The notes: a model not told the origin generated them from the letters alone. Counted from the first letter of the stretch, positions 1 through 9,226 are shown. The stretch: DNA of 32,000 nucleotides from Methylorubrum extorquens (GCA_900234795.1 LT962688.1:1740001-1772000), one strand, 5' to 3'. Program-made: numbers and translations.

Positions 1-80
1 CGTGATGCGGATGACAACGCAATGTGGTGGAAATTTCGCTTGCCTGCCAGCCGACTGGGCAGGCGTCACGTTCAGGCACG

Positions 81-113
81 AAAAAACCCGCCGGCTTTCG
101 CCGACGGGCTTTT
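81..113. terminator. Bidirectional intrinsic-terminator-like hairpin (A6 - stem - T4)
   Basis: The sequence is aaaaaa-cccgccggc-tttc-gccgacggg-ctttt. The GC stem (one C/A mismatch) is flanked by an A-run on the left and a T-run on the right. It lies about 90 nt downstream of the 28-codon minus-strand ORF. Confidence 0.5.
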
Positions 114-204
114 GCAGGGGCCACGCTCTCTCGCGCGATGGGAGCTGCCGCCTCGCCCTCGGACTGGCGGGGGAACTCGACCTGTCGCAGCGTTTAGGGA
201 GCCA

Positions 205-291
205 CTATCCCTGCCGATCTTGGTTGGGTGGCGTGTCCTGATCCGCGTCGGCGGTGCGCGTGGGGGAGCCGTTGATGCCGTGAAGTTTCAT
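205..291 (-). CDS. Hypothetical 28-aa hydrophilic peptide (MKLHGINGSPTRTADADQDTPPNQDRQG)
   Basis: The ATG is preceded by a near-perfect SD (AAGGAGG) with a 6-nt spacer (caAGGAGGttggccATG). Third-position GC is moderately high. A hairpin/T-tract terminator follows at 81-113. No homology recognised. Confidence 0.35.
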   Translation of the reverse strand: MKLHGINGSPTRTADADQDTPPNQDRQG

Positions 292-542
292 GGCCAACCT
301 CCTTGTCTCAGGGCGGCGCCGCAGCGCCGATGAATAGAGGCTAGGACGGTTCGCGGGCTGCGCGCAAGCCCCTTTCTTTCCCTTATCCGCCCTCTCGGTC
401 CGCCCTCTTGCCAGCCTCCGGCAGCGGCGCCTTGCGCGGTTCCGTTCCTTGCGCCGGGGCGTCCTGCACACGATCTGTCCGCTTCGAGGGGAAACAGTTT
501 TTTCCGCCCCACGGGCGCGAAGCGAAGGTGCGCGGCTTGCTG

Positions 543-1575
543 ATGTCCTCCTCTCTGCCTCCCCCTCTCCGTCCTCGATCTCGCCTTCATCCCGGAGGGC
601 GCCACGCCGCGGCAGGCGCTCGCCAACAGCGTCAGCCTCGCCCGGCACGCGGAGGAGCTCGGCTACCGCCGCTTCTGGCTCGCCGAGCACCACAACATGG
701 TCGGCATCGCCAGCGCCGCCACGGCGGTGGTGATCGGCCATGTGGCGGCAGGTACGGATCGCATCCGGGTCGGCGCGGGCGGGATCATGCTGCCCAACCA
801 CGCGCCGCTGGTGATCGCCGAGCAGTTCGGCACGCTGGAATCGCTGTATCCGGGCCGGATCGATCTCGGGCTCGGCCGGGCGCCGGGCACGGATGGACTG
901 ACGCTGCGGGCGCTGCGCCGCGACTACGAGTCGGCGGAGCGCTTTCCCCAGGACGTGCTCGAATTGCAGGCCCTGTTCGGCCCGGTGCGGGAGGGGCAGT
1001 CGGTTCAGGCAGTGCCCGGAACGGGGCTGAAGGTGCCGCTGTGGATCCTCGGCTCCAGCCTGTTCGGGGCGGAACTCGCCGGCATGCTCGGCCTGCCCTA
1101 CGCCTTCGCCTCGCATTTCGCGCCCGATGCGCTGCTGCCGGCGCTCGCGGCCTACCGCGCCCGCTTCCAGCCGTCCGAGCAGTTGCAGCGGCCCTACGCC
1201 ATGGTCGGCGTCAACGTCGTCGCGGCGGAGACCGATGCGGAGGCGAAGCGCCTGTTCACCACGGTGCAGCAGCAATTCACCCGGCTGGTGCGCGGCACCC
1301 GCGGCCTCCTGCCCCCGCCGATCGACGACATCGAGGCGTATTGGCGCCCGGCGGAGAAGGCGCAGGCCTCGCGGATGCTGGCGCGTGCGCTGGTGGGCTC
1401 GCGCGAGACCGTCCGCGCCGGGCTGGAGGCGCTGGTGGCCGAGACCGGCGCCGACGAGGTGATGGTGGCCTCGGCCATCTACGACCACGAGGCGCGGCTC
1501 GCCTCCTACGCGATCCTCGCCGAGGCGCATGGCGCTCTGGCGGCGCAGGCCCTGCCCGCGCGCTCAGCGGCCTGA
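543..1575 (+). pseudogene. LLM-class (luciferase-like, group 1 / YhbW-type) flavin-dependent oxidoreductase, frameshifted near the 5' end
   Basis: Frame 1 encodes [52 protein letters not shown]..., the typical family N-terminus, but has no start codon after the stop at 541-543. ATG 543 (MSSSLPP) is in frame 3. Removing one C from the C5 run at 561-565 joins the two frames into [15 protein letters not shown].... The track ORF 697..1575 is only the downstream part. Confidence 0.85.
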
Positions 1576-1758
1576 ACGGGCCGCGGGCTTCCCGGCGGCG
1601 GGCGGCGGCGGAAGCTGCGAGATGTGGCGCAGGGCCGGCGGCGTCGCCGTCGTCCCGGCCGCGGGGGCGCCTGCCTGTTCCGTCACCCGCGCGATGACGC
1701 TGCCCAGGGCGAAACCGCTGAGGCTCAGAAGGATCGCGATGCCGGTGTGCTTGATCAT
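1564..1758 (-). CDS. Small hypothetical exported protein (64 aa) with an N-terminal signal-peptide-like segment
   Basis: [23 protein letters not shown] is followed by an Ala/Pro-rich tail. Third-position GC is very high, as expected for real coding DNA here. The gene is convergent with the LLM gene and overlaps its 3' end by 12 nt. SD is weak. Confidence 0.45.
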   Translation of the reverse strand: MIKHTGIAILLSLSGFALGSVIARVTEQAGAPAAGTTATPPALRHISQLPPPPAAGKPAARSGR

Positions 1759-1901
1759 GGCCGGTATCCAGGGCCGGGGCCGGCGGGCGTGGATGGTGCC
1801 GAACGTGGCGGAGATTCATTGACGGACCGTGGACGGATCGTGCCGCCGGCCGCGCGGATACCGCCCTGCTCTTGAGAAACGCCGTCCGGCGCGCGCAAAG
1901 A

Positions 1902-3242
1902 TCAGTGCGCGCCGCCGCTCTCGACGAATTTAAACAGGAATACGGCCGCGATCACCCACACCACCGGCTTCACCTCGCGGGCGCGCCCGGTCAGGCCTTT
2001 GAGGACAGCGTAGGTGATGAAGCCGAAGGCGACGCCGTTGGCGATGGAGTAGGTGAAGGGCATCAGCAGCGCGGTGACGCAGGCCGGGATCACCTCGGTG
2101 AGGTCGTCCCAATCGAGCGCGGTGAGGTCGCGCAGCATCAGGCAGGCGACGTAGAACAGGGCCGGCGCCGTGGCGTAGGCCGGCACCGAGCCGGCGAGCG
2201 GCGCGAAGAACAGGCAGGCCAGGAACAGCACGGCCACGGTCGCGGCGGTGAGCCCGGTGCGCCCGCCCTCCTCCACCCCGGCGGCGCTCTCGAGATAGGC
2301 GGTGGTGCTCGACGTGCCGAGCAGCGAGCCGGCGAAGATCGCCGCGGAATCGGCCATCAGCGCCCGGTCGAGCGCGGCCGAGCGCCCCGTCTCCGGCAGG
2401 AGCCCCGCGCGGTTGGCCACCGCCATCAGCGTGCCGGTGGCATCGAACAGCTCGACCAAGAACAGCACGAGGATGACGTTGACGAGGCCCCCGGTCAGCG
2501 CGCCGGGGATATCGAGGGCGAATAGCGTCGGGCTCAGCGAGGGCGGCGCCGAGACGATGCCCTGGAAGGCGTTGCCGGCAAAGACGAAGCTCAGGCCCGT
2601 CACCGTCAGGATGGTGAGGAGCAGCGCCGCCTTGATCCGCCGCGCCGAGAGCACCGCCACCATCAGGAAGCCGAGCACGGCGAGCACCGTGCTGGGCTGG
2701 CGCAGATCACCCAGCGTCACGAAGGTGGCGGGGTTGGCCGCCACCACGCCCGCGTTCTTGAGCGCGATGATCGCCAGGAACAGGCCGATGCCGACGGTGA
2801 GCGCGATGCGCATGGAGCGCGGGATGCCCGCGACGATGATCCCGCGCAGGCCGGTCAGCGTCACGGCGAGGAAGCAGAGGCCGGAGATGAACACCGCCCC
2901 GAGCGCCGCCTGCCAGGTATAGCCCATGCCCTGCACGACGACGTAGGCGAAGTAGGCGTTGAGCCCCATTCCTGGCGCCAGCGCCACCGGCCAGTTGGCG
3001 ACGAACGCCATCACGGCTGAGCCGAGCGCGGCGATGAGACAGGTCGCGACGAAGACCGAGCCCTTCGGCATGCCGGCATCGGCGAGGATGCTCGGATTGA
3101 CGAAGACGATGTAGGCCATGGTGAGGAAGGTGGTCAGCCCCGCCAGCAGCTCGGTGCGGATTGTGGTGCCGTGTGCGCGGAGCTTGAACAGGCGCTCCAA
3201 CAGGTTCGGCGGCGCGGCGACCGTGTCCTGCTTGGTGTCCAT
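1902..3242 (-). CDS. NCS2-family (AzgA-type) adenine/guanine/hypoxanthine permease
   Basis: The 446-aa polytopic protein starts LERLFKLRAHGTTIRTELLAGLTTFLTMAYIVFVNPSILADAGMP, the characteristic N-terminus of PurP/GhxP-like permeases. Confidence 0.93.
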   Translation of the reverse strand: MDTKQDTVAAPPNLLERLFKLRAHGTTIRTELLAGLTTFLTMAYIVFVNPSILADAGMPKGSVFVATCLIAALGSAVMAFVANWPVALAPGMGLNAYFAYVVVQGMGYTWQAALGAVFISGLCFLAVTLTGLRGIIVAGIPRSMRIALTVGIGLFLAIIALKNAGVVAANPATFVTLGDLRQPSTVLAVLGFLMVAVLSARRIKAALLLTILTVTGLSFVFAGNAFQGIVSAPPSLSPTLFALDIPGALTGGLVNVILVLFLVELFDATGTLMAVANRAGLLPETGRSAALDRALMADSAAIFAGSLLGTSSTTAYLESAAGVEEGGRTGLTAATVAVLFLACLFFAPLAGSVPAYATAPALFYVACLMLRDLTALDWDDLTEVIPACVTALLMPFTYSIANGVAFGFITYAVLKGLTGRAREVKPVVWVIAAVFLFKFVESGGAH

Positions 3243-3351
3243 CGCCTCACAGCCCCTTCCCGGATGAGCGGTTCGGCACCGTCATCGCAAGGGTCGGTGA
3301 CGCAATCCAGTCACCGGCCGCGCGTCAGCGCGCCCCTGTCTGTCTGAGCGC

Positions 3352-3606
3352 TCAGCGAATGGCCGTCATCCCGCCGCGGGCGGCCGGGCCGGAGAGGGGC
3401 AGGCCGAAGCGGCCGACGCTGGGGCTGAGCCCGTTCGTGGTCCAGCGCGGATCGTGCGGGCGCGGACGCTCGGAGGGCGGAAGCTGCTGGATGAGCTGCC
3501 GGTACCGCACCGACGCCTCGTCGCTCGGGAAAGCCTGCGCCGTCGCGGTGCCGGCAAGAGAGAGGCCGCCGAGGACGAGCGCGCTGAGGATCGGAAAACG
3601 GGTCAT
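3352..3606 (-). CDS. Small hypothetical secreted protein (84 aa)
   Basis: An internal ATG of track ORF 3352..3729 gives MTRFPILSALVLGGLSLAGTATAQA/FP, a signal peptide with an AxA-type cleavage site. Third-position GC is high. No homology recognised. Confidence 0.5.
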   Translation of the reverse strand: MTRFPILSALVLGGLSLAGTATAQAFPSDEASVRYRQLIQQLPPSERPRPHDPRWTTNGLSPSVGRFGLPLSGPAARGGMTAIR

Positions 3607-3675
3607 GGGTGAGGACTTCGTTCTGACCCGGATCGGCCTGGGGGATGGGTCGAGGGGACGTCTCCATTCGAGGTG

Positions 3676-3708
3676 GGCACCCGGATCACGATCTGCAATC
3701 CGGGTGCC
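3676..3708 (-). terminator. Perfect 10-bp GC-rich hairpin about 25 nt downstream of the paoC stop (possible terminator/attenuator, no U-tract)
   Basis: ggcacccgga - 13-nt loop - tccgggtgcc. Confidence 0.4.
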
Positions 3709-3733
3709 GCCTGTGTCTCGGTAAGCCAAAAGA

Positions 3734-5971
3734 TCAGGTCCGGCGCTGGGCCGCGCCCTCCCGCTCGTTCCAACCGTCGAGCACCTTGTCGAGCGTCAGC
3801 GGGTAGTCGCGGATGCGCAGGCCCGTGGCGTTGTAGACGGCATTGGCGAGCGCCGCCCCGGCGCCGCAGATGCTGACCTCGCCGAGCCCCTTGCTCTTCA
3901 GCGGGTTCGCCTTGTCGTCGAGTTCGGGCAGGAACATCGCATCGATGGCCGGCACGTCGGCATGGGCCGGCACATGGTACTCGGCGAGATCGTGGTTCAC
4001 GAAGTAGCCGTAGCGGGTGTCGGTTTCGGCTGCCTCCATCAGCGCGGCGCCGATGCCGAAGATCATGCCCCCGAGCGCCTGGGAGCGAGCGGTCTTCTGG
4101 TTGAGGATGCGCCCACCGGTGAACACGCCGAGCATCCGCCGCAGGCGGATCTCACCGGTGTCAGCATCGACGCCGACTTCCGCGAAATGCGCCCCGAAGG
4201 AGTGCTGCGAATACTTCTCCTTCATCGCGCCGGGCTTGATCTCACCCTTGGCCTCGACGCCCTGCGCTCCGGCCAGATCCATCAGCGCCTCCGAGCGGTT
4301 GCCGGAAGTCACGCGCCCTTCCGAGAACACGGCGCCCTCGGGCGTCATGCCGGCCGATTGCAGCAGCGACTGCCGGAGGTTGTCGCAGGCGACGTACAGC
4401 GCCGAGCCGGCCGAGCCCGCGCCGAACGAACCGCCGGAGCCGGCCGCCTTCGGATAGGCGGTGTCGCCGATCTCGACGTGGATGCGCTCGATCGGCAGGC
4501 CCATCATCTCGCCCGCGATCTGGGCCAGGATGGTGTAGGTGCCGGTGCCGATATCGGTCATCGCCATCCTCACGGTGAGCGTGCCGTCGGGGTTGAGCCG
4601 CACGCCGGCCTGCGAGGGCATCAGAGGGTTGAGCCGCGAGGCCGCCGCCATGCCCATGCCGACGAGCCACTGCCCGTCCCGCGTCGCGCCGGTCGCACCG
4701 CGCTTGTCCCAGCCGAAGCGCTGGGCGCCCTCGCGCATGCAGGCGACGAGCTGGCGGGTGGAGAAGGGCACCTTCTTTTCCGGGTCCTGCTCCGGCTCGT
4801 TGCGGATGCGCAGCTCGATCGGGTCGATCTTCAGCTGCTCGGCCAACTCATCCATGGCGCACTCAAAAGCGAGCTGGCCGACCGCTTCACCGGGCGCCCG
4901 CATGGCCGAGGCGATCGGCACATTGAGGTTGGCGAGCCGGTGCCGGGTCAGGCGGTTCTGCGCCGCGTAGAGCGAGCGGGTGACGACGGCGGAGGTCTCG
5001 TAGAAGACGTCGCCCGGCGCGGTCGCCGACCACGATTCGTGGGCGATCGCGGTGAGCCGCCCGTTCTCGTCGGCGCCCAGGCGAATGCGCTGGATCGTGT
5101 CGGTGCGGTGGGTCGCGACGTGGAATTCCTGCTGGCGAGTCAGCGCGACCTTCACCGGGCGCTTGAGGCTCTTCGAGGCCAGCGCGGACAGGATCGCCTC
5201 GGGCTGCGGCTGGAGCTTCGAGCCGAAGCCGCCGCCGATATAGTGCGAGACGAGCCGCACGTTCTCGGGCTTCAGCTTCAGGACCGAAGCGAGCGAGGTC
5301 TGGCCGCGGTTGAGCATCTGGTTGGCGGTGTAGAGCGTCACCCGCTCGCCGTCCGGCCCTGCTTCCCAGGAGGCGATGGTGGCGTGCGGCTCCATCTGCG
5401 CGTGGATCTGCACCGGCGTGGTGTATTCCACGTCGAGCTTCACCGGGGCGCTGGCGAAGGCGCCGTCGAAATCGCCGATCTTGGAATCGGGCGGCGTCTG
5501 CGCCGGCTTCGGCTCGACGGCAGTGGGCCGGGCCGCCTTCAGCGAGGCCTCGGGCGTCTGTACATCGTACTCGGCCCGCACGAGGGCGGCCGCCGCGCGG
5601 GCCTGCTCGAAGCTCTGCGCGACGACGAAGGCGATGGGCTGGCCGTGGAAGCGGATCTCGGTGCCCTGCAATTGCGGGTAGACCTGCTCCTTCTTCTCGC
5701 CCTGCTCCGACACGTTCTCGTGGGTCATCACGAGGAGCACGCCCGGCGCGCGCTTGGCCGCGGAGACGTCGAGGCTGCGGATGCGGCCCTTGGCGATGCC
5801 GGCCTCGACGATGAAGCCGTAGGCCGGGTTCTTGAGGTCGCGGGTCTCGTAGGCGTAGGGCGCTCGGCCCGTCACCTTGAGGCGCCCGTCGATGCGGTCG
5901 ATGGGGCGGCCGACGAGCCCGTCCGGCTTGCCGTCGAGGGGCGTCGCGCCGATCGGCTGGTTCATGTCCAT
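3734..5971 (-). CDS. paoC: Xanthine dehydrogenase-family molybdopterin-binding subunit (PaoC-like aldehyde oxidoreductase large subunit)
   Basis: The 745-aa protein has the typical N-terminus GRPIDRIDGRLKVTGRAPYAYE. It is last in a 2Fe-2S / FAD / Moco gene order. SD GAGGAA lies 8 nt upstream of the ATG. Confidence 0.92.
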   Translation of the reverse strand: MDMNQPIGATPLDGKPDGLVGRPIDRIDGRLKVTGRAPYAYETRDLKNPAYGFIVEAGIAKGRIRSLDVSAAKRAPGVLLVMTHENVSEQGEKKEQVYPQLQGTEIRFHGQPIAFVVAQSFEQARAAAALVRAEYDVQTPEASLKAARPTAVEPKPAQTPPDSKIGDFDGAFASAPVKLDVEYTTPVQIHAQMEPHATIASWEAGPDGERVTLYTANQMLNRGQTSLASVLKLKPENVRLVSHYIGGGFGSKLQPQPEAILSALASKSLKRPVKVALTRQQEFHVATHRTDTIQRIRLGADENGRLTAIAHESWSATAPGDVFYETSAVVTRSLYAAQNRLTRHRLANLNVPIASAMRAPGEAVGQLAFECAMDELAEQLKIDPIELRIRNEPEQDPEKKVPFSTRQLVACMREGAQRFGWDKRGATGATRDGQWLVGMGMAAASRLNPLMPSQAGVRLNPDGTLTVRMAMTDIGTGTYTILAQIAGEMMGLPIERIHVEIGDTAYPKAAGSGGSFGAGSAGSALYVACDNLRQSLLQSAGMTPEGAVFSEGRVTSGNRSEALMDLAGAQGVEAKGEIKPGAMKEKYSQHSFGAHFAEVGVDADTGEIRLRRMLGVFTGGRILNQKTARSQALGGMIFGIGAALMEAAETDTRYGYFVNHDLAEYHVPAHADVPAIDAMFLPELDDKANPLKSKGLGEVSICGAGAALANAVYNATGLRIRDYPLTLDKVLDGWNEREGAAQRRT

Positions 5972-5982
5972 GGCGGATTTCC

Positions 5983-6959
5983 TCAGGCGCGCAGGGCTTC
6001 GGCGACGGTGGCGCGCAGCGTCCGGCGGGTGAGCGGGATCTTGAAGTCGTTGGTGCCCTGGCCGCGGGCGCCGTCCAGCACCCGGTCGGCGGCGGCGTCG
6101 GCCGAGCCGGTCTCGACCAAAGCGGCCTCCGCCGCCTCGACCCGCCAGGGCTTGTGAGCCAGCCCACCGAAGGCGAGCTTGGCCAGCTTCGGCTTGTCGC
6201 CCTCGCCCTTCGCGATGATCGCGGCGACCGAGACCGTGGCGAAGGCATAGGACGCCCGGTCGCGGACCTTGCGGTAGAGGTGCACGCCCTCAATGGGCTT
6301 GGGGAGCGTCACGGCGGTGATGAGCTCGCCGGCCTTCAAGTCGGTCTCGATCTGCGGCGTGTCGCCGGGCAGGCGGTGGAAGTCCGCCAGGGCGATGCTG
6401 CGCCGCGCGCCCTGCGGATCGATCGTCTCGACGGTGGCGTCGAGGACGCGCATCGCCACGTTCATGTCGGAGGGGGTTGGTGGCGATGCAGGAATCGCTC
6501 GCCCCCCAGCACCGCCATGATCCGGTTGAACCCGCCGATGGCCGCGCAGCCCGAGCCCGGCTCGCGCTTGTTGCAGGGTTTGGTCGTGTCGTAGAAGTAG
6601 TAGCAGCGCGTCCGCTGCAGCAGGTTACCGGCGGTCGTCGCCTTGTTGCGCAACTGGCCCGAGGCGCCCGCGAGCAGGGCTTTGCCCAGCACCGCGTAAT
6701 CCTTCCGCACCCGCGGATGCGCGGCGAGATCGGAATTGCGCACCAGCGCGCCGATGCGCAGGCCGCCGTCTTCCGTGTCGGTGACCTCGGCCAGCGGCAG
6801 GCGGTTGACGTCGATCAGGGTGGCGGGCGTCTCGATCTGAAGCTTCATCAGGTCGAGCAGGTTGGTGCCGCCGGCAATGAAGCGGGCGCCGGGCCGCTCG
6901 GCAGCAAGGCGCGCGGCGTCCTGAACCGTGGCGGGGCGCTCATAGGCGAAAGCCTTCAT
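5983..6959 (-). pseudogene. paoB: FAD-binding subunit of the aldehyde oxidoreductase (PaoB-like), split by two +1 insertions
   Basis: Track ORFs 6462..6959 (MKAFAYERP...[11 protein letters not shown]...NLLQRTRC) and 5983..6465 ([15 protein letters not shown]...[13 protein letters not shown]) are the two halves of one PaoB/YagS-like protein. Removing one base from the C6 run at 6502-6507 and one from the G5 run at 6472-6476 restores ...[26 protein letters not shown], which matches the family motif. Confidence 0.9.
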
Positions 6960-6972
6960 GGGGTTCGCCTCC

Positions 6973-7623
6973 TCAGATCTTGGTGCTGGCGTCGCGGATC
7001 GCCGCGACGATGTTGGGATAGGCCGAGCAGCGGCAGATGTTGCCGCTCATCCGCTCGCGGATTTCTTGGTCGGTGAGCGAGGCCTTCTGCGTGATGTCGT
7101 CCGTCACATGGCTAGGCCATCCGGCCTCAAGTTCCGAAAACATGCCGGCGGCCGAGCAAATCTGGCCCGGCGTGCAGTAGCCGCACTGATAGCCGTCATG
7201 GTGCAGGAAGGCGGCCTGGAGCGGGTGGAGATTGTCCCCATCCGCCAGCCCCTCGATGGTGGTGACGGAATCGCCCTCGTGCATCACCGCGAGGCTCAGG
7301 CAGGAATTGATGCGCCGGCCGTTCACCAGCACCGTGCAGGCGCCGCACTGGCCGTGGTCGCAGCCCTTCTTCGAACCGTTGAGGTCGAGATGCTCGCGCA
7401 AGGCGTCGAGCAGGGTGGTGCGGGTGTCGAGGGTAAGGTCGTGCCGCCGCCCGTTGATCTCGAGCGAGACCGGCATGGTCTGCGGCTGCGGATCGACCGC
7501 CGCCGGGGCGGCCTCCGCCCGGCCGCGCAGGGAGGCGCCGAGCGTCGCCAGGGCGGCGCAGCTGCCCATCACCGTGCGGCGCGATGGATCGAAGCGCCGG
7601 TCTCTCGTCGAATGGTCGCTCAT
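6973..7623 (-). CDS. paoA: (2Fe-2S)-binding small subunit of the aldehyde oxidoreductase with a Tat signal (PaoA-like)
   Basis: Motifs present are [20 protein letters not shown] and [11 protein letters not shown]. The twin-arginine motif [17 protein letters not shown] sits near the N-terminus. The start could be ATG 7623 (weak SD) or ATG 7644. Confidence 0.92.
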   Translation of the reverse strand: MSDHSTRDRRFDPSRRTVMGSCAALATLGASLRGRAEAAPAAVDPQPQTMPVSLEINGRRHDLTLDTRTTLLDALREHLDLNGSKKGCDHGQCGACTVLVNGRRINSCLSLAVMHEGDSVTTIEGLADGDNLHPLQAAFLHHDGYQCGYCTPGQICSAAGMFSELEAGWPSHVTDDITQKASLTDQEIRERMSGNICRCSAYPNIVAAIRDASTKI

Positions 7624-7781
7624 CAGGCCTGCCGTCCCGCGCATCCGGACCGACCGCGGGTGGCGGCCAGTCTGGAATGGATCGAAATCTGACAGGCGAA
7701 CGCGACAGGGGCCAAGTTGATCCGGCCGGGCGCCGCGCCCCTATGGCGCAGCTTTGCGGTGTGCTCGGCGGAGCGGAAGCC

Positions 7782-9041
7782 TCAACTCCAGGCGTGGAGC
7801 GGCGGGTTCACCCCATTGAGCGCGTGGTTGCCGATGATCGCGTATTTCCACCGCACGGGATCGTGAAGCGTGTGGGTGCGGGCGTTGCGCCAGTGGCGGT
7901 CGAGGTTGTGCTCGGCCAGCGTCGAGCGGGTGCCGGAGAGTTCGAACAGGGTGTTGGCGGCCGCGAGCGCGGTCTCGGTGGTCAGCACCTTGGCCTCGGC
8001 GACCGCGATCTGGGCCGCAGCCACGCTCTCGGCCGTCGGGTTCGCCAGCGCGGCGTCGATGGCCAGTCCCGCCCGGTCGAGCAGGGCTTCCGCCGCGTGC
8101 TGGCGGATCGTCAGGTCGCCGATGGTGCGGATGGTGTAGGGGTCGTCGGAGGCCCGCTCCCCGCCGCTGTCGATCCAGGGCCGCGCCTTCTCACGCACGA
8201 AGGCGATCGTGTCGTCGAGCGCCTCGCGGCCGATCCCGGCATCGACGGCGGCCTGGATGATCTGGAAGATGGCGCCATCCGCCCGCGGCGCCTCGTAGGC
8301 GCGGTAGCCCGGCACGAGGTGGCTCTTCTCCACCCGCACATCCTCGATGAGGACGGTGCCGCTGGCCGTGCCCCGCTGGCCGAAGGCCGACCAGTCATCG
8401 ATCACGGTGAGCCCCGGCGCATCGCGCTCGGCGATGGCGTACCAAGCGCGGCCCTCCGCATCGAGCGCGACGATCGGCACGAGATGGGCGAGCAGCGCGC
8501 CCGAGGAATAGAACTTCTGGCCGCGCACGATGACGTGGTCGCCGTGATCGGTAAACCGGGTCTCGAACTCGGCGGCGCGCTTGGTGCCGCGCTCCGAGAA
8601 GGCGTTGCCGAAGCGGGTGCCCTTCAGGACTTGCCCGAAGAGAAGCGCCTGCTGCTCGGGGTCCGACACCGTGCGGATCGCCGCGACGATGCCGAGATGG
8701 TTCTGCGCGATCTGCGCGATGGACGGGTCGGCGGCGGCGATGATCGCGATCACCTGCGCCAGCGTCTTGTAGGAGACCTCCGGCCCGCCATAGGCCCGCG
8801 GCACGTTGATCGACCACAGGCCGCTTTGCGAGAAGGCATCGAGTTCGGCGAGCGGGCGGGCGTTGGTGCGGTCGCGCTCGGACGCGCCCTCGCGGAATTC
8901 TTTCGCCAGTTCGTGGGCGATGCGGATCGCCTCGGCGTCGTCGCGGATGATGTGGGCCGGGGTCACGGGGCGCGCAGGCCCCGGCACGCTCTGCGGCCGG
9001 CTGCCGGCCTCGGCCGTGGTGGGATTGACGGCGATGGTCAT
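7782..9041 (-). CDS. sfnB: SfnB-family sulfur-acquisition oxidoreductase (acyl-CoA dehydrogenase fold)
   Basis: The 419-aa protein carries family-typical strings: AELDAFSQSGLWSINVP, GQRGTASGTV, ERASDDPYTI and TLAEHNLDRHWRNARTHTLHDPVRWKY. SD GGAGA lies 8 nt upstream. Confidence 0.9.
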   Translation of the reverse strand: MTIAVNPTTAEAGSRPQSVPGPARPVTPAHIIRDDAEAIRIAHELAKEFREGASERDRTNARPLAELDAFSQSGLWSINVPRAYGGPEVSYKTLAQVIAIIAAADPSIAQIAQNHLGIVAAIRTVSDPEQQALLFGQVLKGTRFGNAFSERGTKRAAEFETRFTDHGDHVIVRGQKFYSSGALLAHLVPIVALDAEGRAWYAIAERDAPGLTVIDDWSAFGQRGTASGTVLIEDVRVEKSHLVPGYRAYEAPRADGAIFQIIQAAVDAGIGREALDDTIAFVREKARPWIDSGGERASDDPYTIRTIGDLTIRQHAAEALLDRAGLAIDAALANPTAESVAAAQIAVAEAKVLTTETALAAANTLFELSGTRSTLAEHNLDRHWRNARTHTLHDPVRWKYAIIGNHALNGVNPPLHAWS

Positions 9042-9081
9042 GGAGCGGTCTCCGAAGCGAGAGGGGATCGGAAGGGATCGA

Positions 9082-9214
9082 TCCCACCCTCCCCCCTCAT
9101 CCTGAGGTGGCGGCGCGAAGCGGCGCCCTCGAAGGATCCTCCAGGGATCGCGCGGGATCTGGAGGATCCTTCGAGGCTGCTGCGCAGCACCTCAGGATGA
9201 GGATGGGGGTGGGA
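9082..9214. repeat. Nested REP-like palindromic element (about 133 bp) between sfnG and sfnB
   Basis: Outer arms are tcccaccctcccccctcatcctgaggtg (9082-9109) and cacctcaggatgaggatgggggtggga (9188-9214). Inner perfect 17-bp arms are cctcgaaggatcctcca (9127-9143) and tggaggatccttcgagg (9160-9176), around a gggatcgcgcgggatc core. Confidence 0.8.
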
Positions 9215-9226
9215 CGAGCGTAAGGG

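Noticed and set aside
205-1530. A 441-aa minus-strand ORF covering the LLM oxidoreductase gene.
   Set aside because: It is antisense to a gene with clear family homology. Its composition is Arg/Gly/Pro-rich and not protein-like, which is the typical open antisense frame of 70% GC DNA. Only its last 28 codons (205-291) may be a real mini-ORF.
3962-6157. A 731-aa plus-strand ORF, plus the 468-aa minus ORF 4887..6293, overlapping paoC and paoB.
   Set aside because: They are antisense or out of frame relative to strongly conserved Moco and FAD subunit genes. Their sequences are low-complexity R/G/A/P with no motifs.
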